Shown: piece by piece, positions 16,352 to 34,594 of the stretch | How positions within the stretch are numbered: position 1 is the stretch's first letter | Layout of the letters: the number at the start of each line of letters is the position of its first letter | From: the human T2T-CHM13v2.0 reference genome, Homo sapiens | NCBI GenBank assembly: GCA_009914755.4 | Contig: CP068257.2 | Location: 2,208,001-2,272,000, forward strand | Reading direction: 5' to 3' | DNA: 64,000 nucleotides | Position numbers and translations under genes: made by a program | The notes under the pieces: model-generated | Database searches by the model: none | What the model was told of the DNA's origin: nothing | What the model saw: only the letters and a program-made list of their open reading frames with translations

Positions 16352-18699
16352 ATTTTTTTTTAAAGATAGCGTCTTGCTCTGTCACCCTCCTCACCACATT
16401 ATAGCTCTGGGGGCCAAGCTGCATCACAATGGAAATCATGGAGCCACAGGAAGAATCCACTTAGCTTTGCAAGATGCTGCCCAAGGGGTTGCTTGGAGTA
16501 ACCAAATTAACATTTTTCATTCTGCTCAGAGCAAAATATATGTGACAAAACATAGACACGAGCCACTTTGCTTAGCACCCAGTGTCAAACTGGTAAGACT
16601 CAAACTTGCTCCCAGATATGCCGTGCCATCTCTAAATCTTTTTAGAAGCTTCTGCATGTTAATAGGCATCCCTAGATGAGACTAATTTGGGAGCCATCAT
16701 TTTTAAATGCACTTCAGGGCATTATTCATTTGGAATGTTACACTATAAGTTATCTTTAGTAAGATTTTGCCATTTCTGTAAGACTTTGCTGCTTCCCAGG
16801 CCTAATGAATTAGCCAGAAAGAACTTAGTTTTCCAGAAATTAAGGATCCTATTTTTACCTAATATATTGGCTTTACTCTCAGGCTCCCTTGATTGACTTA
16901 GCCAATGATTTTCTTTCCTACCTAAGCGTGTGAGGAAAATGAAACAAAGGGGCAGAACACAAAAATCCCCGTGAATTTCCAAAAGCCAAATTTTACAACC
17001 CTCCAATATTATCATTTACTACCACTTTCCTTCTGACCCATTCAGATGTAGGAGGCCTCTAACTGGAACTGGATTCAAGCCAGTTAATTACTGGATCAAA
17101 TCTGATCCTGGGCCCGGTCCCGTTTCTGTCATAACTTCTAAAACATCCAGCCAGTCATGGCTGGATAGCAGTTTGGAACAGAAATTTGCTCAGAGAAACT
17201 CAGCTCAAAACACAAATTCATGGAGCTCTGAAATCCGAGAGAGAATTTACCACGATCCCCAGATGCTCTGAGAGGTCAAAGGGCACAAGTGTTACAGAAT
17301 CCTGAGGCGTCACTTTTCTGCCTGAAACCTCTGGCTGGTGGCACCTTTACCTGTGTTTTGCTCGGGCCCACTGGGTTCGTTCTGTCCACTCGGCTCATGC
17401 TAGTGGTCTGGATCCCACACCTGCCAAGGGTGAGCTGGGTACAGAGCAGTGAAGGGTGTGTGAGCAAGCGAGCATGGGATCTGGTCACTGCACACAGCCA
17501 AGCATGCCAGCTGCAGTGGGGTGGGCAGCTCCAGGCACCGCCACAGGTGCCAGCTCCCTGTGAGGCTGCAGCTGGACCAGGCTGACTGCAAACAGCTTCC
17601 ACTGTGGGTATCAGGGAATGCAGCGGTGCCTGGAAGCTTCGAGATGCAGGAACTGCAGAGCCCCAAATAAGGTGTCACAGCCCTGGCTTGGGGAGCTCCT
17701 AGGTCTGGGCTCCCTGAAGGGCCACAGCTCTTCTCTCCTTCTCTCTTCTCTTCTTCTTGCCTGCAATTTGGCAAGCAAGGGGTGCGTTTCAGCCCTGTTT
17801 ATGTTACACCTCTTTCAGCCCTGCTAGTTGGCAGGTCCCGAGTTCTTGTCCTGAGTCCAGGAAGAATGAGGTATGTGGGCAAGTAGAAGGTGAGCAAGGT
17901 GAAGAGGTGCTTTATTGAGCAACAGTACAGCTCAGAGGAGACGTGCAGTGGGTAGCTCCTTTCGGCAGGCAGGTCATCCCAATGTCTGTTCAGCTCTCAG
18001 CAGCTGAGAGAGATGCATGGTGGTTAGCTATGCCCACAGTGCCCAGGCTTTTCGAGCTGAGGAGTGCCTTCAAGCCAGTGCTGAGCCACTCTTAGCCCCA
18101 CCTCAACGTCCCTCCTGTGCTCATCAGTTCCCAAAGTGTGGAGGGGGCCGAGGTGGCAGGGGACTGGCATGTCAGCACTGCCCTGAGCTTGCACAAACTG
18201 GGCTGGGTTGCGACTGTGCCTGGGTTCAACCTCAATTTGGATCCGAAGTTGGAGTGGGCTCTGGGAGCGGAGACATGCCAGGTGGTGGGAGCAGGTATGA
18301 CTGGGCCTGCGGGGGCAGGGGGGCTTGCTGGGCCTCTGAGAGTGCAAAGATGCCCGGGTTTGCTGTCATGGGTGGATGGCTGCAGCTGTGCCTGGGAGGG
18401 TGGGGCTCCTGCCTGCCAATTTAGAAGGGGTGGGTCTCCCACCTGTTCCTGGCTCCCACTAACTTTGAGGAGTTCACAGCCCCAGCCACTCCTCCCCACT
18501 GCAGCCAGTGTCTCCGTAGCAACTGCTCCACATGGGCCACTGCTGCCATCATAGAGCGGTCCTTGCAGGTGCCTTTCTTGTACCTCAGCACTCCTGGGGG
18601 TCATTAGAAGCCCTAGCAACACTGCTCACCACACTATAGCTCCGGAGGCCCTAGCAGTCCTGCTCCCACAGATCCCACTTCTGACACCATCTATTAAAA

Positions 18700-19190
18700 G
18701 AAAATCTTCAGCTGAATTAAATTTAAAGGAACTTAATTGAGCAATGAATGATTCACGAATCAGGCAGCCCCCAGAATCACAGCAGATTCGGTGAGACTCC
18801 AGCACAGCTACATGGTGGAAGATTTATAGACAATAAAGGGAACGTGATGTACAGAAATCTGAAGTGAGGAGTGAGGTCCAGAAGCAACTGGGTCCGTTAC
18901 AGTTCTCAGCAGTGAGGTCCAGAAACAACTGGACTGGTTACAGTGCTCAGCATTTGCCTTATTTGAACACAGCTGAACACTCAGCAGTGTGTGAGTGGCA
19001 GAAGTTTAGCTGTTGGGATTGGCCAGGACTCAGCTATAGTTACAGGTGCATACTCCAAAGTTAGGTTATCAGTCTTTCTACCTATTAAGTTAGGTTGCAG
19101 TTTGTCCACAGGGACTCAAATCTAGAAGTACAGAGTCCTTCCCAGGCCATATTTAGTTCACTGTAACAGTTCCTATTATGACCTCACTGA
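18700..19190 (+). repeat. interspersed repeat copy B (LTR-like), homologous to 4915-5330
   Basis: See copy A. The motifs CCCCCAGAATCACAGCAGATTCGGTGAGACTCCAGCACAG...TTTATAGACAATAAAGGGAA...ACAGGTGCATACTCCAAAGTTAGG are shared. Confidence 0.5.
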
Positions 19191-19579
19191 CAGTTCTTTT
19201 TCTCTGAATTTTCCTTTCTTCTCAACAGCTTGTCCAAATGTTCCATTGGTCCCTGTTCATCCCGCCCTGCAGCTCTCCTTGACTGATTCTGCCCTTTGTG
19301 GTTTGCAGTCCTGTTTCTCTACAGCTTGGACCCCTTCAATCTTTCCATCATAGGTTTAACTCTCTGTTGAATTCTTATTTGTAGCTACACAAATGTTACC
19401 TTAAGCTAAAAAAATTCAAAGTGAAAGCCACATCCTCCTCTCTTCCCTTATGTGTATGGTATTACTACCATGCAGCCAGTGACCCAAAATGGGATTTTTT
19501 CTGGGCTTTTCTTGCTTAGATTCAGGCTCATCTGGTGTCAAGCCTTGTTACTTTTGTTTCCTTGTTCTTTTATTTTTAA

Positions 19580-19872
<293 letters not shown>

Positions 19873-21224
19873 CTGCTTGTTGTTTTCATCTCATCCTGAT
19901 TTCTGAATACAGGAGAGGAGCTGAGTTGGTGTTCACTAACAAGCACAGAAGCTTTGTTACATTTACAGTGTCATTCTTGGCAAAACCTGAATGGTATGTT
20001 TGTGGGGTGATGAGGTTCAGTCCCCTGTGACCTGTGCATCTGGCCAACACTGTGGTGACATCCTTAGGAATCCATGGGGAGAGACAAAGCATTCAGGAGT
20101 TAGTGGGTCACGTTTGACAAGGGCCAATAAAGAAATATGCAAAGACAAAAAACAAGAAGAACATTATCATATTTTATACCTTTTGTTTATATAAATTTAT
20201 GTCAATGATTCTAGCTTATGTTAATATGCAATGTATACAATATGCTAACATATACAATATATGTTTATAGTTTAAACATTTCTGTCATGTTTTCAGATTC
20301 TTTAAAGATTATATTACACTTCCTATTTCAGATAGCTGTTTAAAATGAGTAAGGAAAAACGGATGTGTGCATCAGTTCTAACTGTTTATGGACTAAAACT
20401 AGTTGATTTCTTGGTTAAGAACAAAAAGTGACAACCTAATTAACTGAAAATTTTAAGTAGGCAATTATGGTTTTAGCTTTAATGTAAAATATTAACTATG
20501 CTCCATTCTTGCATTTTTAACCTAATACTCATTATAAATCGCCACATGCCATGTTTCAGATCAAGGTTCTACTTGTGATCTCTCATGAGTTTTTCAAGGT
20601 TTTAATTATCTGAGATGTAACAATGTACCCGTAACCTTACTGGCTTAAACCAGGAATTTATTCTTTTTACATGTCACAATTTTCTGGGTCAAGACACTGG
20701 ACAGAGCGGTGTGGGTTGGTTGCTTCATGATGTCCCTGGTCTCATCTGGAAGGACTCTAGTGGCTGGAGATGTGAAGCAGGCACCCAGAAGGACTCTAGT
20801 GGCTGGGGACACGGAGCAGGCACCCAGCCCTCTCTTTGTGGCCAGCACGGACTTCCTTCCAGTCTGGTAGCATCAGGTAGTCAGGTTTGTCTGGCTTCTC
20901 CCAGGGTGTGTGTCCAAGAGGCCCAGGCAGAAGCTGTAAGGTCTCTCATGATCATCCCTCAGAAGTCCCAGAGCATCTCTCCTGCCACACTGGCCAGTTG
21001 TACTCATCACTGAGACCAGCCATGATTCAAGGGGGAAAGGTGATTAGATTCCACCTCTTGATGAGAAGCATAGTAGGAACCTGCAGCAGTCTTTAATAAA
21101 CCACAGCTTGTCCTCTGGCCACAAACTATTAACGTTTCTCCCACATGCAAATTATGCTTTGCCCCTCTCAAGAGCCCCAGAATGGTTTTCCTTATGGCAC
21201 TGGCTAGTAGCCCAACTGAATCCT

Positions 21225-21400
21225 GAATCAGGTTGTGGTGGCTTGTCATCTGCACCCACACACACTCAGCTGCAGTGAGGACTGAATCAGGTTGTGGTGG
21301 CCTGTCATCTGACCCCCCACACACAGCCACAGTGGGGACTGAATCAGGTTGTTGTGAGCTATCATCTGAGCCCACAAACTCAGCCGCAGAGAGGGGACTG
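21225..21400. repeat. local tandem triplication, about 60 bp unit (GAATCAGGTTGTGGTGGCTTGTCATCTG..CACACAC...CAGTGGGGACT)
   Basis: Three successive copies are visible by eye. A second small tandem duplication (about 35 bp x2) lies at about 20735-20830. Confidence 0.6.
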
Positions 21401-23489
21401 CTGTGAAAACAGTCGACATTTCCCTTTAGAAGCTTTGGTGGGAGGGAAGAGGGAAGTGCTGCTCTGCAGGCCCCGTCTAACAGTTGGCCATTCCCATGGG
21501 GCGCCTGTTACAGTTCTGTGATTAGTGCCCAGTCCTGGTCCCTGAAAACGGCGCCCAGTCCTGGTCCCTGAGAATGGTGTTTGTGTCCTTTTACTCCTCC
21601 CTCTGGGCTTTTGTCATTCTCCATGTTCTTTTTCCTTCAGTGCCTGGGTTGCCGTTGACCAGCTTTCCCTGCCTTTTTCTTATGGTCAATAGGGTATTCA
21701 ATGGCTTCTTTTTCATTTTTTTTCCTTTTCTTTTCTTTTCTTTTTTTTTACTTTGGCCTTTTGAGACAAGAAATTATTTCTTTATATTTTCTCTAAATTC
21801 TGTTTGAAAACTGAACCTTCTTCTTTAGATCATGTCCCTCTCCTGTCATATTTATTCAGTGACAGTTAGGGGAGGCTGGTAGCACTTTCCATGTTCTTCC
21901 CAGATGTCTCCTTAGGCAGATCCCTGAGATGGTGCAGTGCCCTTTCAGTTTCCATGTTGTGGCCATAGTTTTCCCACAGTCCCTCAGCAAGTAACTCTCA
22001 GACCTTTTCTCCAGTTTCCAATGACATTTTCTCACCGTCCTTCAGGCCCTGACCAAGAGTCTTGATGCCCTTCCAGGTTGCATGAATGGTCTCCTTGAGG
22101 CCCAGTTACAGGTCAGCCTCACAGTCGTGTCACATATTGTAGCTTCTGATTACCACAGCAGCTCATTTCCAGCTGCCATATTCTGTTCCAGTTATCTATT
22201 CTGAAGTAAAACAACTCATTATTACTTGTTTTTTGGCTTAGAGAGTCTTGGTGGCCAGCTCATCTCACACACAGTTGCAGCCAAGCTGGATTGTGTGAAA
22301 GCACAGTGGGGTGGTGTGCAGGGTGGCTCACTAGTGGTTGGGAGTGGATGTTGCTGGAGGCTCACTAGTTGTTGGGAGTCGGTGTTGCTGGAGGCTCAGT
22401 GGGGGATGTCAATGCGTGTAGCTAGTCATGGACTGGCCTTGTGGTTTCCATCATGAGGTCTCAGGGGAGTGGGATTTCCTGCCTGGTGACTGGCTTTCTC
22501 CTGGGTAAGTGTTCTGTTTTCTCAGCCTGGCTTCTGAAGTCCCCAAATACCAGCTTTGTCACCTTCTGTTGGCCAAATAAGTCAGTAGTCTGGTCAAGGT
22601 TTAAGGGGAATTGGTTCTCACAGAGAGAGGAGCAGGAAAGAATTTGTCACCTTTAGTCTACCAGAAATGATATTTTTATAACAAGTTTATTCCAAATACA
22701 TTCCAGTTCCCCTTGTGAATACTTTTTTGACTCACAGGGTATTTCAAAGTTTATTACTTGGTTTTCAGACATTTGAGGCTTTTCTGGATATCAATTTGTT
22801 GTTGGTTTCTAATTTAATTTCAAGTGTTCAGACAACATCCTTTGTATACTATTTCAGGCTTGAACCTTTTCTCAATCCATCGACATACAGTCTATCTTGG
22901 CACTGCCAAGTACCATTTGGGTAAGGATTTTGTCATTTAGATCCGTATTTTTCCTATATTTTTATCTGGTTGTTCCGTCAGTTACTGAGAGAGCAGTATT
23001 AATTCACCAGCTATAATTTTGGATTGTCAATTTCCTGCTTTTGTTCTGTTGTTTTTGATTCACATACTTTGAGGCTCTGTGTGTGTGTGTGTGTAGTTTG
23101 TGTGCACTTTGAGGCGCAATTTATAATTGTAACATCATCCTCTCTGATTCTTTTATTTTTATTAAATTACCCTGTTTATTTCTGGTGATATATTTTGTTC
23201 TGAAGCCTCTTTAATCTAGTGTTAACATCTCTGTTGAAGCTTTTTATGATTAGTGTCTGGATAGCATATTTTTATGTTTAGCATCTGCATAGCATATTTT
23301 TTCTCATACTTTGTGTCTTTGTGTTTAAATTGTGTCTCTGTGGATGCCATATTGTTGGGTCTTGCCTTCCTCTCAGGTCTGGCAGTCTCTGTCTTAAGTA
23401 GAGTATTTGTCCACTTACATTGTAACTAATCATTGCTAAGGTTGGATTTAGGTCTGCCATTTTTCTACTTATTTTCTATTTGTTTGTTT

Positions 23490-23778
23490 ATTTTTTTTTA
23501 AGACAGGGTCTTGTTCTGTCACCCAGACTGTAGTGCAATGGTGCAATCTTGGCTCACTGCAACCTCTGCCTCCCAGGCCCAACCAATCCTCACTTGAGCC
23601 CCCTGAGTAGCTGGGACTACAGGTGCATGGCACCACACCTGGCTAATTTTTATATTTTTGTAGAGATAGGGCTTTGCCATGTTGCACAGGCTGGTCTTGA
23701 ACTACTGAGCTCAAGCAATCTACCCACCTTGGCCTCCCAAAGTGTTCAGATTACAGGCATGAGCCACCATGTCTGGCC
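23490..23778 (-). mobile_element. Alu SINE (antisense)
   Basis: TTTTTTTTTAAGACAGGGTCTTGTTCTGTCACCCAGACTGTAGTGCAATGGTGCAATC...CATGAGCCACCATGTCTGGCC. Confidence 0.9.
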
Positions 23779-23890
23779 TTCATCTGTCTTTTGATCTTCT
23801 ATATATTCTTTCCTAACTTCTTTTGGGTTAAATATTTCTAAATATTCCAGTTTGATTAATCTTTTGGCTTTTGGAAATAATTTTTTATAG

Positions 23891-24187
<297 letters not shown>

Positions 24188-24589
24188 TTATAAATAATTT
24201 ATAATTTCGAATTTTGGTAACAAACACATACCTTAAAATTTACCATCATAACCAGTTGTAAGTATACAGTTTTGTAGAGTTAAGAATATTTACATTGTTG
24301 TGTAGCAGATTTCTAGATTTTTTTTATCTTAGAAAACTCTATACCCATTCAACAACTATTAATTTCCCCTTCCTTCCACCTCCTGGCAAGTACTATTCTA
24401 CTTTGTGTTTCTAAAAATTTGGCTTATATACCTAGGGTTATATAATATTTGTTTTTTAAGTAGGTTCCATGTTATGTGCAGATGTGTCAGGATTTTCTTC
24501 CTTTCTATGGCTGAATAATATTTCTTCATATATATATATTTTCTCTCTCTATATATATATGTATATTCTTTTGTTTATCCATCTATTCC

Positions 24590-25010
24590 TGGATGGACGT
24601 TTTGGTTTCTTCCACCTCGTGGCTATGTAATGCTCCTGTGAACATAGGTGTGCACATATCTGTTTGAGGTCCTGCTACTAGTTATTCTGTCTCTGTAGAA
24701 GTTGGATGGCTGGATCATATGGTCATTTTATTTTATTTTTTTGAGGAGCCAGTTAATATTTCCACCAACAGTGTTCAAGTGTTTCAGTTTCACCTGCACT
24801 TGTTACTTTCTGTTGGGTTTGAAGTGATGTCCCATTGTGGTTTCTATTTGCATTTCTCTAATGATTAGTGATGTTACACATCTTCTCATATATCTCATGT
24901 ATCTGTTGGCTATTTGTATATCATCTTTGCATCTTTGGATGAATGTTCTTTGTCCATTTTTTAATCACTTTATTTTGTTGTGTTGTAGCTGGGTTTTTTG
25001 GTCATGAGCA
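24590..25010 (-). mobile_element. old L1 (L1M/L1PB-like) 3' fragment, antisense
   Basis: Antisense L1 3'-region motifs, e.g. GGCTGGATCATATGGTCATTTTATTTTATTTTTTTGAGGAGCCAGTTAATATTTCCACCAACAGTGTTCAAGTGTTTCAGTTTCACCTGCA...CATTGTGGTTTCTATTTGCATTTCTCTAATGATTAGTGATGTT. Confidence 0.7.
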
Positions 25011-26299
25011 TTCATTTATCTCACAGTTCATTCTTGTTACTTGGGCCAGGGTCATGATCATTCATTATCTCTCAGTTCATCCTCATTACGTTGGGCAAAC
25101 AGTCATGCTGCAGGGTATAGATTATGTTATTCTGTTACTTTCAGGTAGAATTGGGGTCTAGGTTCTAATTGTTTCTAAGTTTAGATTCTGAATGAGAATC
25201 AGCAGAGGTAGACCACTGCTGCTGAGGCCTGGGGATTGCTGGGAAAAAGGCAGGAAACAGATACTGACCTGACCATGGAGGGTTTATGTTTCACGGCTCC
25301 CATCTGGGTACCCAAGGAACCTACATGTAGCTCGTGTGTGGAGAGCCTACATTGCCCACTCAAAGCAATTGAGGATGGAACAGTCTTGGGGCTGGAGCTC
25401 ATTATTTGGAATGATAACCACATCTGCACAGAGAGGACCTGATAAGATGTTGTCCTTCCATGTATATCTGGGAATCCTGTGTAGGGTCTCTCTGTAAGGA
25501 CAGGGGCAGTGTTGGCTCCTTGGCCTCTAGTTAGCTTCACAAGTAGTCTAGTAAAGGCTTTGCAAACTTGTCACCATCTGTGGACATTCTGGCCAGCTCT
25601 TGTTTTCACCCTACTGACTTCTTCAGACACTAGGCTTTTGCTTTAGACCATTCATGGTTTTCTTCCTCTTCAAATCAGTAATCAATAAATCGCCTTCAAG
25701 TCAATAAATTTCCACTCCTTTAGGAAACCCTGATCTTCTGGTCACACCAAGGTTTAATTAACTGGTTTGATTGTTTTTCTGTTTTCTTGGATTTTTTTTC
25801 CTTCTTCCTGGGGGTTTCTAGTAATTCTAGTTTGATGTCTCACTTTCTCCATTTTTTATTTCTTAGTTTTCTTCTGTGATTATTTTCACTGCAGCTGCAG
25901 GGCCTAATCCTGGGTTGGCAGAGAACTAGCACTTACTCTGCCCTAATTGGAATCCAGGAGATATAGCAGGTTCCCTAGTGTGAAAATGTGTTTGCTCCTC
26001 TCTGCTTCTGGTAGTCTCTCTGTAGGAGTTCTTTACGCATTCTGAATGTTCACTTCTTATGAGATACATGATGTGCAACTATAGGTTGAATGTCTCTGAT
26101 CCAAAAATCTGAAATCCCAAATGCTCCAAAGTCTGAAACTTTTTGAGTGCCAACATGACACTCAAAGGAAATGCTTATTGGAGCATCGCAGACTCAGGTG
26201 TTTGAATTTGAGATCCTCAACCAGTAAGAATAATGCAAATATTACAAAATCTGAAACACATCCCAAGCATTTCAAATAAGGGACACTCAACTGGTATTT

Positions 26300-27791
<1,492 letters not shown>

Positions 27792-27794
27792 TTT

Positions 27795-29060
27795 TTTTAA
27801 AATTTTATTTGCAGATTGTTCATTGTTAGTTTATAGAAATGCAACTGACTTGTGTGTGTTACTGTATCCTGAAACTTTGTTGAATTTCATTATTCTACCA
27901 GTATTTTGTGGAATTTCAGGATTTTTACACATTACATCATGTTGTCTGTGAACAAAATTTTGTACTTTTTCCTTTCCAATTTGCATGCTTTTTATTACTT
28001 TCTCTTGCCTAATTATTCTGAGTAGAAATTCCAGTACTGTGGTGAATAGAAGTGGCAGGAAGAGATGTTGCTATCTTATTCCTGATCCTAGAGGAAAAGA
28101 TTTTAGTTTTTCACCATTCAGTATGATGTTAGCTGTGAGCTTTTCATGTATAATCTTTATTTACTGAGGAGTTTCCATATATTACTAATTCTTTGAGTGT
28201 TTTTATTACAAAAGGTGTTCATCTGGCTCTGGAACCAGATAAATGTTGACCTGATAGAATGGATTGGAATGTCCCCTTCTGGTTTTTGAACATTTTTGGA
28301 ATATTTTGCAAAGGGCTGGCATTAATTCTTCTTGAAATGTTTGGAAAAATTTTCCAGTGAAGTTATCTGGACCTGGAATTTTCTTTTTTGGGGGGTTTTT
28401 GATTACTGGTTGAATCTTCTTACTAGTTACAGGTCTCTTTGGATTTTTTATTTCTCCATGATGCAGTATGGTGGTTTGTGTTTCTAGGAATTTATAAATT
28501 TATTCTAGGTTGCCCAGTTCTGTGGCATATGGTTGCTCACATTAGTCTCTTGTAATCTTTTTCATTTCTGTGGAATCTGTTGTACTGTCACCTCTTTTAT
28601 TTATGATTTTAGTATTTGAGATTTCTCTTTTTTTCTTAATATAGCTGTGAGTTTTAAAATTTGTATTGATCTTTAAAAAAACAAACTCAGTGGTTTTTTT
28701 TTTTCCTTTTTTTCTGGTCTTATTCTGCTTATCTCTGTTCTAATCTGTTATTTTCTTCCTTTTGCTTGGTTTGTCATTAGTTTTTTTTTTTTTTCCCTTT
28801 AGGTGTAATGTTAGGTTATTGATTTGAGATCTTTCTTCTTTTTAATTTAATCACCTGCAGCTATAAGCTTCCCTTTAGCATGGGTTTGAGATCTTTCTTC
28901 TTTTTAATTTAAGCATCTGCGGCTGTAAGCTTCCCTTTAGCACTGCCTTTGTTGCCTCCTCCTGAGTTTGGGTATGTCATGGTTTTGTTTTCATTTGCTT
29001 AAACATTTTTTTTGTCCTATTGTAATATAATTGTGTTGTTTTTAATAGAGGTAATTAATG
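27795..29060 (-). mobile_element. old L1 ORF2/ORF1-region fragment, antisense
   Basis: Antisense L1 motifs (…CCTGAAACTTTGTTGAATTTCATTATTCTACCAGTATTTTGTGGAATTTCAGG…TCCCCTTCTGGTTTTTGAACATTTTTGGAATATTTTGCAAAGGGCTGGCATTAATTCTTC…). Confidence 0.7.
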
Positions 29061-29144
29061 AAACACATAATGAATTGTGCTTCTGTTTTTATAATATTTT
29101 AAGCATTCTTAACTCAGAAATGTAAATTTTAGAAAAAAATTCCA

Positions 29145-29472
<328 letters not shown>

Positions 29473-29601
29473 TTATTTGTATTTCAATTTAGAAACTATG
29501 ATCTCCTAAGTGTATTGACACAGCAACCTGACATAAAGATAAAGAATAATAAGTATATAACAAAACAGAAACTTGCAAATACCTTTTTTTATTAATTTTT
29601 A

Positions 29602-30594
<993 letters not shown>

Positions 30595-30718
30595 GAATAT
30601 ATACATCTTAATGAGTTTAGAGATAAGTATTCGCCCCAGGACTCATCACAACAAATAATGCCGTAAACTTGACCATCACTCCCCATATATTTCTCATTCT
30701 GACCCTTTTTAAAAAATG

Positions 30719-31053
<335 letters not shown>

Positions 31054-31299
31054 TTATTTTAAGTGTACAATACAGGACGGCCATGCATCAGAGATATATG
31101 TGGGTTTGGTTCCAGACCACTGCAATAAAGTGAGTTATACAATTTCTTTTGGTTTTCCAGTGCATGTAAAAGTATGTTTATACTGTGCTGTATAAAGTGT
31201 GCAATAGCATATGTCTACAAAGTGTTCACACTTTAATTTACAAATACTTTATTGTTAACAAGTGCTAACAGTCATCTGAGCCTTCAGAAAGCTGCAATC

Positions 31300-31566
31300 T
31301 TTTTTTGTGTGCGTGACAGGGTTTTACTCTGTGGCTCAGGCTAGAGTAATTGCAGTCTCAACCTCATGCTCAATCAAACCCCCACCTCAGACTCCTGACT
31401 AGCTGGAACTACAGATACATGCCACCATGACCAGCTAATTTTTGTATTTTTTTTTTTGTAGAGATGGGGTTTTGCCATGTTGCCTTGACTTCCTGGGCTC
31501 AAGCAATCTACCCACCTTGGCCTCCCAAGGTGTTGGGATGACAGGTGTGAGCCACTGCACCTGGCC
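31300..31566 (-). mobile_element. Alu SINE (older AluJ-like, antisense) nested in Tigger1
   Basis: TTTTTTTGTGTGCGTGACAGGGTTTTACTCTGTGGCTCAGGCTAGAGTAATTGCAGTCTCAACC...GACAGGTGTGAGCCACTGCACCTGGCC. Confidence 0.85.
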
Positions 31567-31987
31567 AAGTTTCAGTCTTCTTGCTGATGGAGGGTCTTGC
31601 CTTAATGTAAGGTGGTGGTTGCTGAGCGTTGGGGTGGCTGTGGCAATTTCTTAAAATAAGACACCATTGAAGTTTGCTGTGTCAATTGACTCTCCCTTTC
31701 ACAAAAGAATTATCTGTAGCATACGATGTTGTTTGATAGCTTTTTACCCACAGTAGAACTTTCAAATTGGATTCAATCCTGTCAAACCTTCGTACAGCTG
31801 TACCAACTAAGTTTATGTATTATTGTAAATCATTGTGTCAATCCTTTCAAGCCCTCCTTCTGCTGTACCAACTAAGTTTATTCTAAATCTGTTGTCATCT
31901 CAACATTGTATACACTGTCTTCACCACGAGTAGATTTCATCTCAAGAAACCACTTTCTTTGCTCATCCGTGGAAGCAACTCATCCAC

Positions 31988-32120
31988 TCACGTTTTCTCC
32001 GGAGGCTGCTGCAGTCTCGCCAGATCTTCAGGCTCTGTCTCTGATTCTAGTGCTCTTGTTATTTCCAGCATATCTGCAGTTACCTCCTCCACAGAAGTCG
32101 TGAACCCCTGTGTCATCTGT
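31988..32120 (-). pseudogene. Tigger1 transposase C-terminal fragment
   Basis: The ORF 31988-32239 peptide ...[33 protein letters not shown] resembles recalled Tigger1 ...[37 protein letters not shown]. Confidence 0.7.
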
Positions 32121-32162
32121 GAGGGTTGGAATAATCTTCCCAACTTCTCTCTCTCTCTCTCT

Positions 32163-32449
<287 letters not shown>

Positions 32450-32821
32450 CCAACTTCTCCTAATGTTGCTATTTTGATCTTATTTTTTAAATCATGAATG
32501 TTCTCAATGACATCTAGAATGGTGAATCCTTTCCAGTAGGTTTTCAATTATTTTGCCCAGATCCATCAAAGGAATCACTTTCTAGAGAAGTTATAGCTTT
32601 ATGAAATATATTTTTAAGTGATAAGACTTGAAAGTTGAAATTATTCTTTGATCCAAGGGCACCAGAATGAATGTTGGGTTAGTAGGCATGAAAACAATAT
32701 TCAGCTCTTTGTACATCTCTGTAAAAGCCCTTGAGTACCAGGGGCATTGTCAGTGAGCGGTAATACTTTGAAAGGAATCTTATTTCTTGAGCAGTAGGTG
32801 TCAACAGTGGGCTTCAGATAT

Positions 32822-33067
32822 TCAGTAAACCATATTTGTAAGCCGATAGTATGTCATCCAGGCTTTGTTCCCATTTGTAGAGTACAGACAGAGCTGTGTT
32901 TTATCATAATTCTTCAGGGCCCTTGGATTTTCAGTATAGTAAATCATCATTGGTTTCAAGTTAACATCACCAACTGCATTAGCCCTTAACAAAAGAGTCA
33001 GCATGTCCTTTGAAGCCTTAAAGCCAGGCATCAACTCCTCTCTAGCTGGGAACATCCTAGATGGCAT
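32822..33067 (-). pseudogene. Tigger1 (pogo-like DDE) transposase fragment
   Basis: The ORF peptide ...[59 protein letters not shown] resembles recalled Tigger1 ...[59 protein letters not shown]. Confidence 0.8.
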
Positions 33068-33306
33068 CTCCTTCTAGTAGAAGGCTGTTTTGTCTCCATT
33101 GCAAATCTATTTAGTGTTGCCATCTTAATCAGTTATCTTCTAGATAGCTTTCTGCAGCTTTTCCATCAGTACTTGCTGCTTTATCTTGCGCTTTTATGTT
33201 ATGGAGATGACTTTTTTCCTTAAACCTCAAGAAACAAGCTCTTCTAGCTTCAGACTTTCCTTCTGCAGCTGCCTCACCACTCTAAGTCTTCATAGAATTG
33301 AAGAGA

Positions 33307-33669
<363 letters not shown>

Positions 33670-34594
33670 CTATCTAGACCAATTAAACTTTCTTCATAAC
33701 AGCAGCAAGATTGTTTAGCTTTTTATCATTCATGTGTTCACTGGAGCAGTACTTTAAATTTCTTTCCAGAACACTTCGTTTGCATTCACAACTTGGGTAA
33801 GTGTTTGTTGCATGAGGTCTAGCTACTGGCCTGTCTTGCTTACAGCATGCCTTCCTCACTAAGCTTAATTATTTCTTCCTTTTGGTTTAAAGTGACAGAC
33901 ATGCAACTCTTCTTTCATGAACATATAGAGGCTATTGTAGGGTTATTAATTGGCCACATTTTAATATTAATAAAAAGAAGCCTGAGAAAAAGAGAAAGAG
34001 AAATGACCCGTTGGTTGGGCAGTCAGAACAAACGCATTTGTCAATTGTTTGCTGTCTTATCCTGGTGTGATTTGTGGTTCCCAAAACAATGACAACAGTA
34101 GCATTAAAGATTACTGATTACAGATCACCACAACAGATTCAATAATAAAAATCTTAAAATACTGTGAGAATGACCGAAATGTGACACAGAGACGTGAAGT
34201 GAGCACGTGCTGTAGGAACAATGGTGCCAGTGAGACCTGCTTATTGCAGGGTGGCCACAAACCTTCAATACGTAAAACACATGGTCACAAAACACAATAA
34301 AGCAAAGTGCAGTGAAACAAGATGTGTCTGTCTTTTGATAGACTCTGAAAATCTCTACCTTTGAATTGGTACATTCATACCATTAACATTCAAAGTGATT
34401 ATTGATATCATTGGATTAATATCTACTATATTTGTTACTGTTTTCTATTCATTCTCCTCAGTCTTCATTCTTTTGTCTACCACTTTTTCTGCCTTTTGCA
34501 GTTTTCATTGATGATTTTAGATGACTCCATTTTCCCTGTCTTTCTTAGTACGTACTTCTCTTTTTAAAACTTTTTTTAACTAGTTGCCACAGAA

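Noticed and set aside
17276-18622. Second CpG island / promoter
   Set aside because: GC-rich but visibly CpG-depleted, with few CG dinucleotides relative to the 780-1260 island. No ETS/Sp1/ZNF143-type motifs
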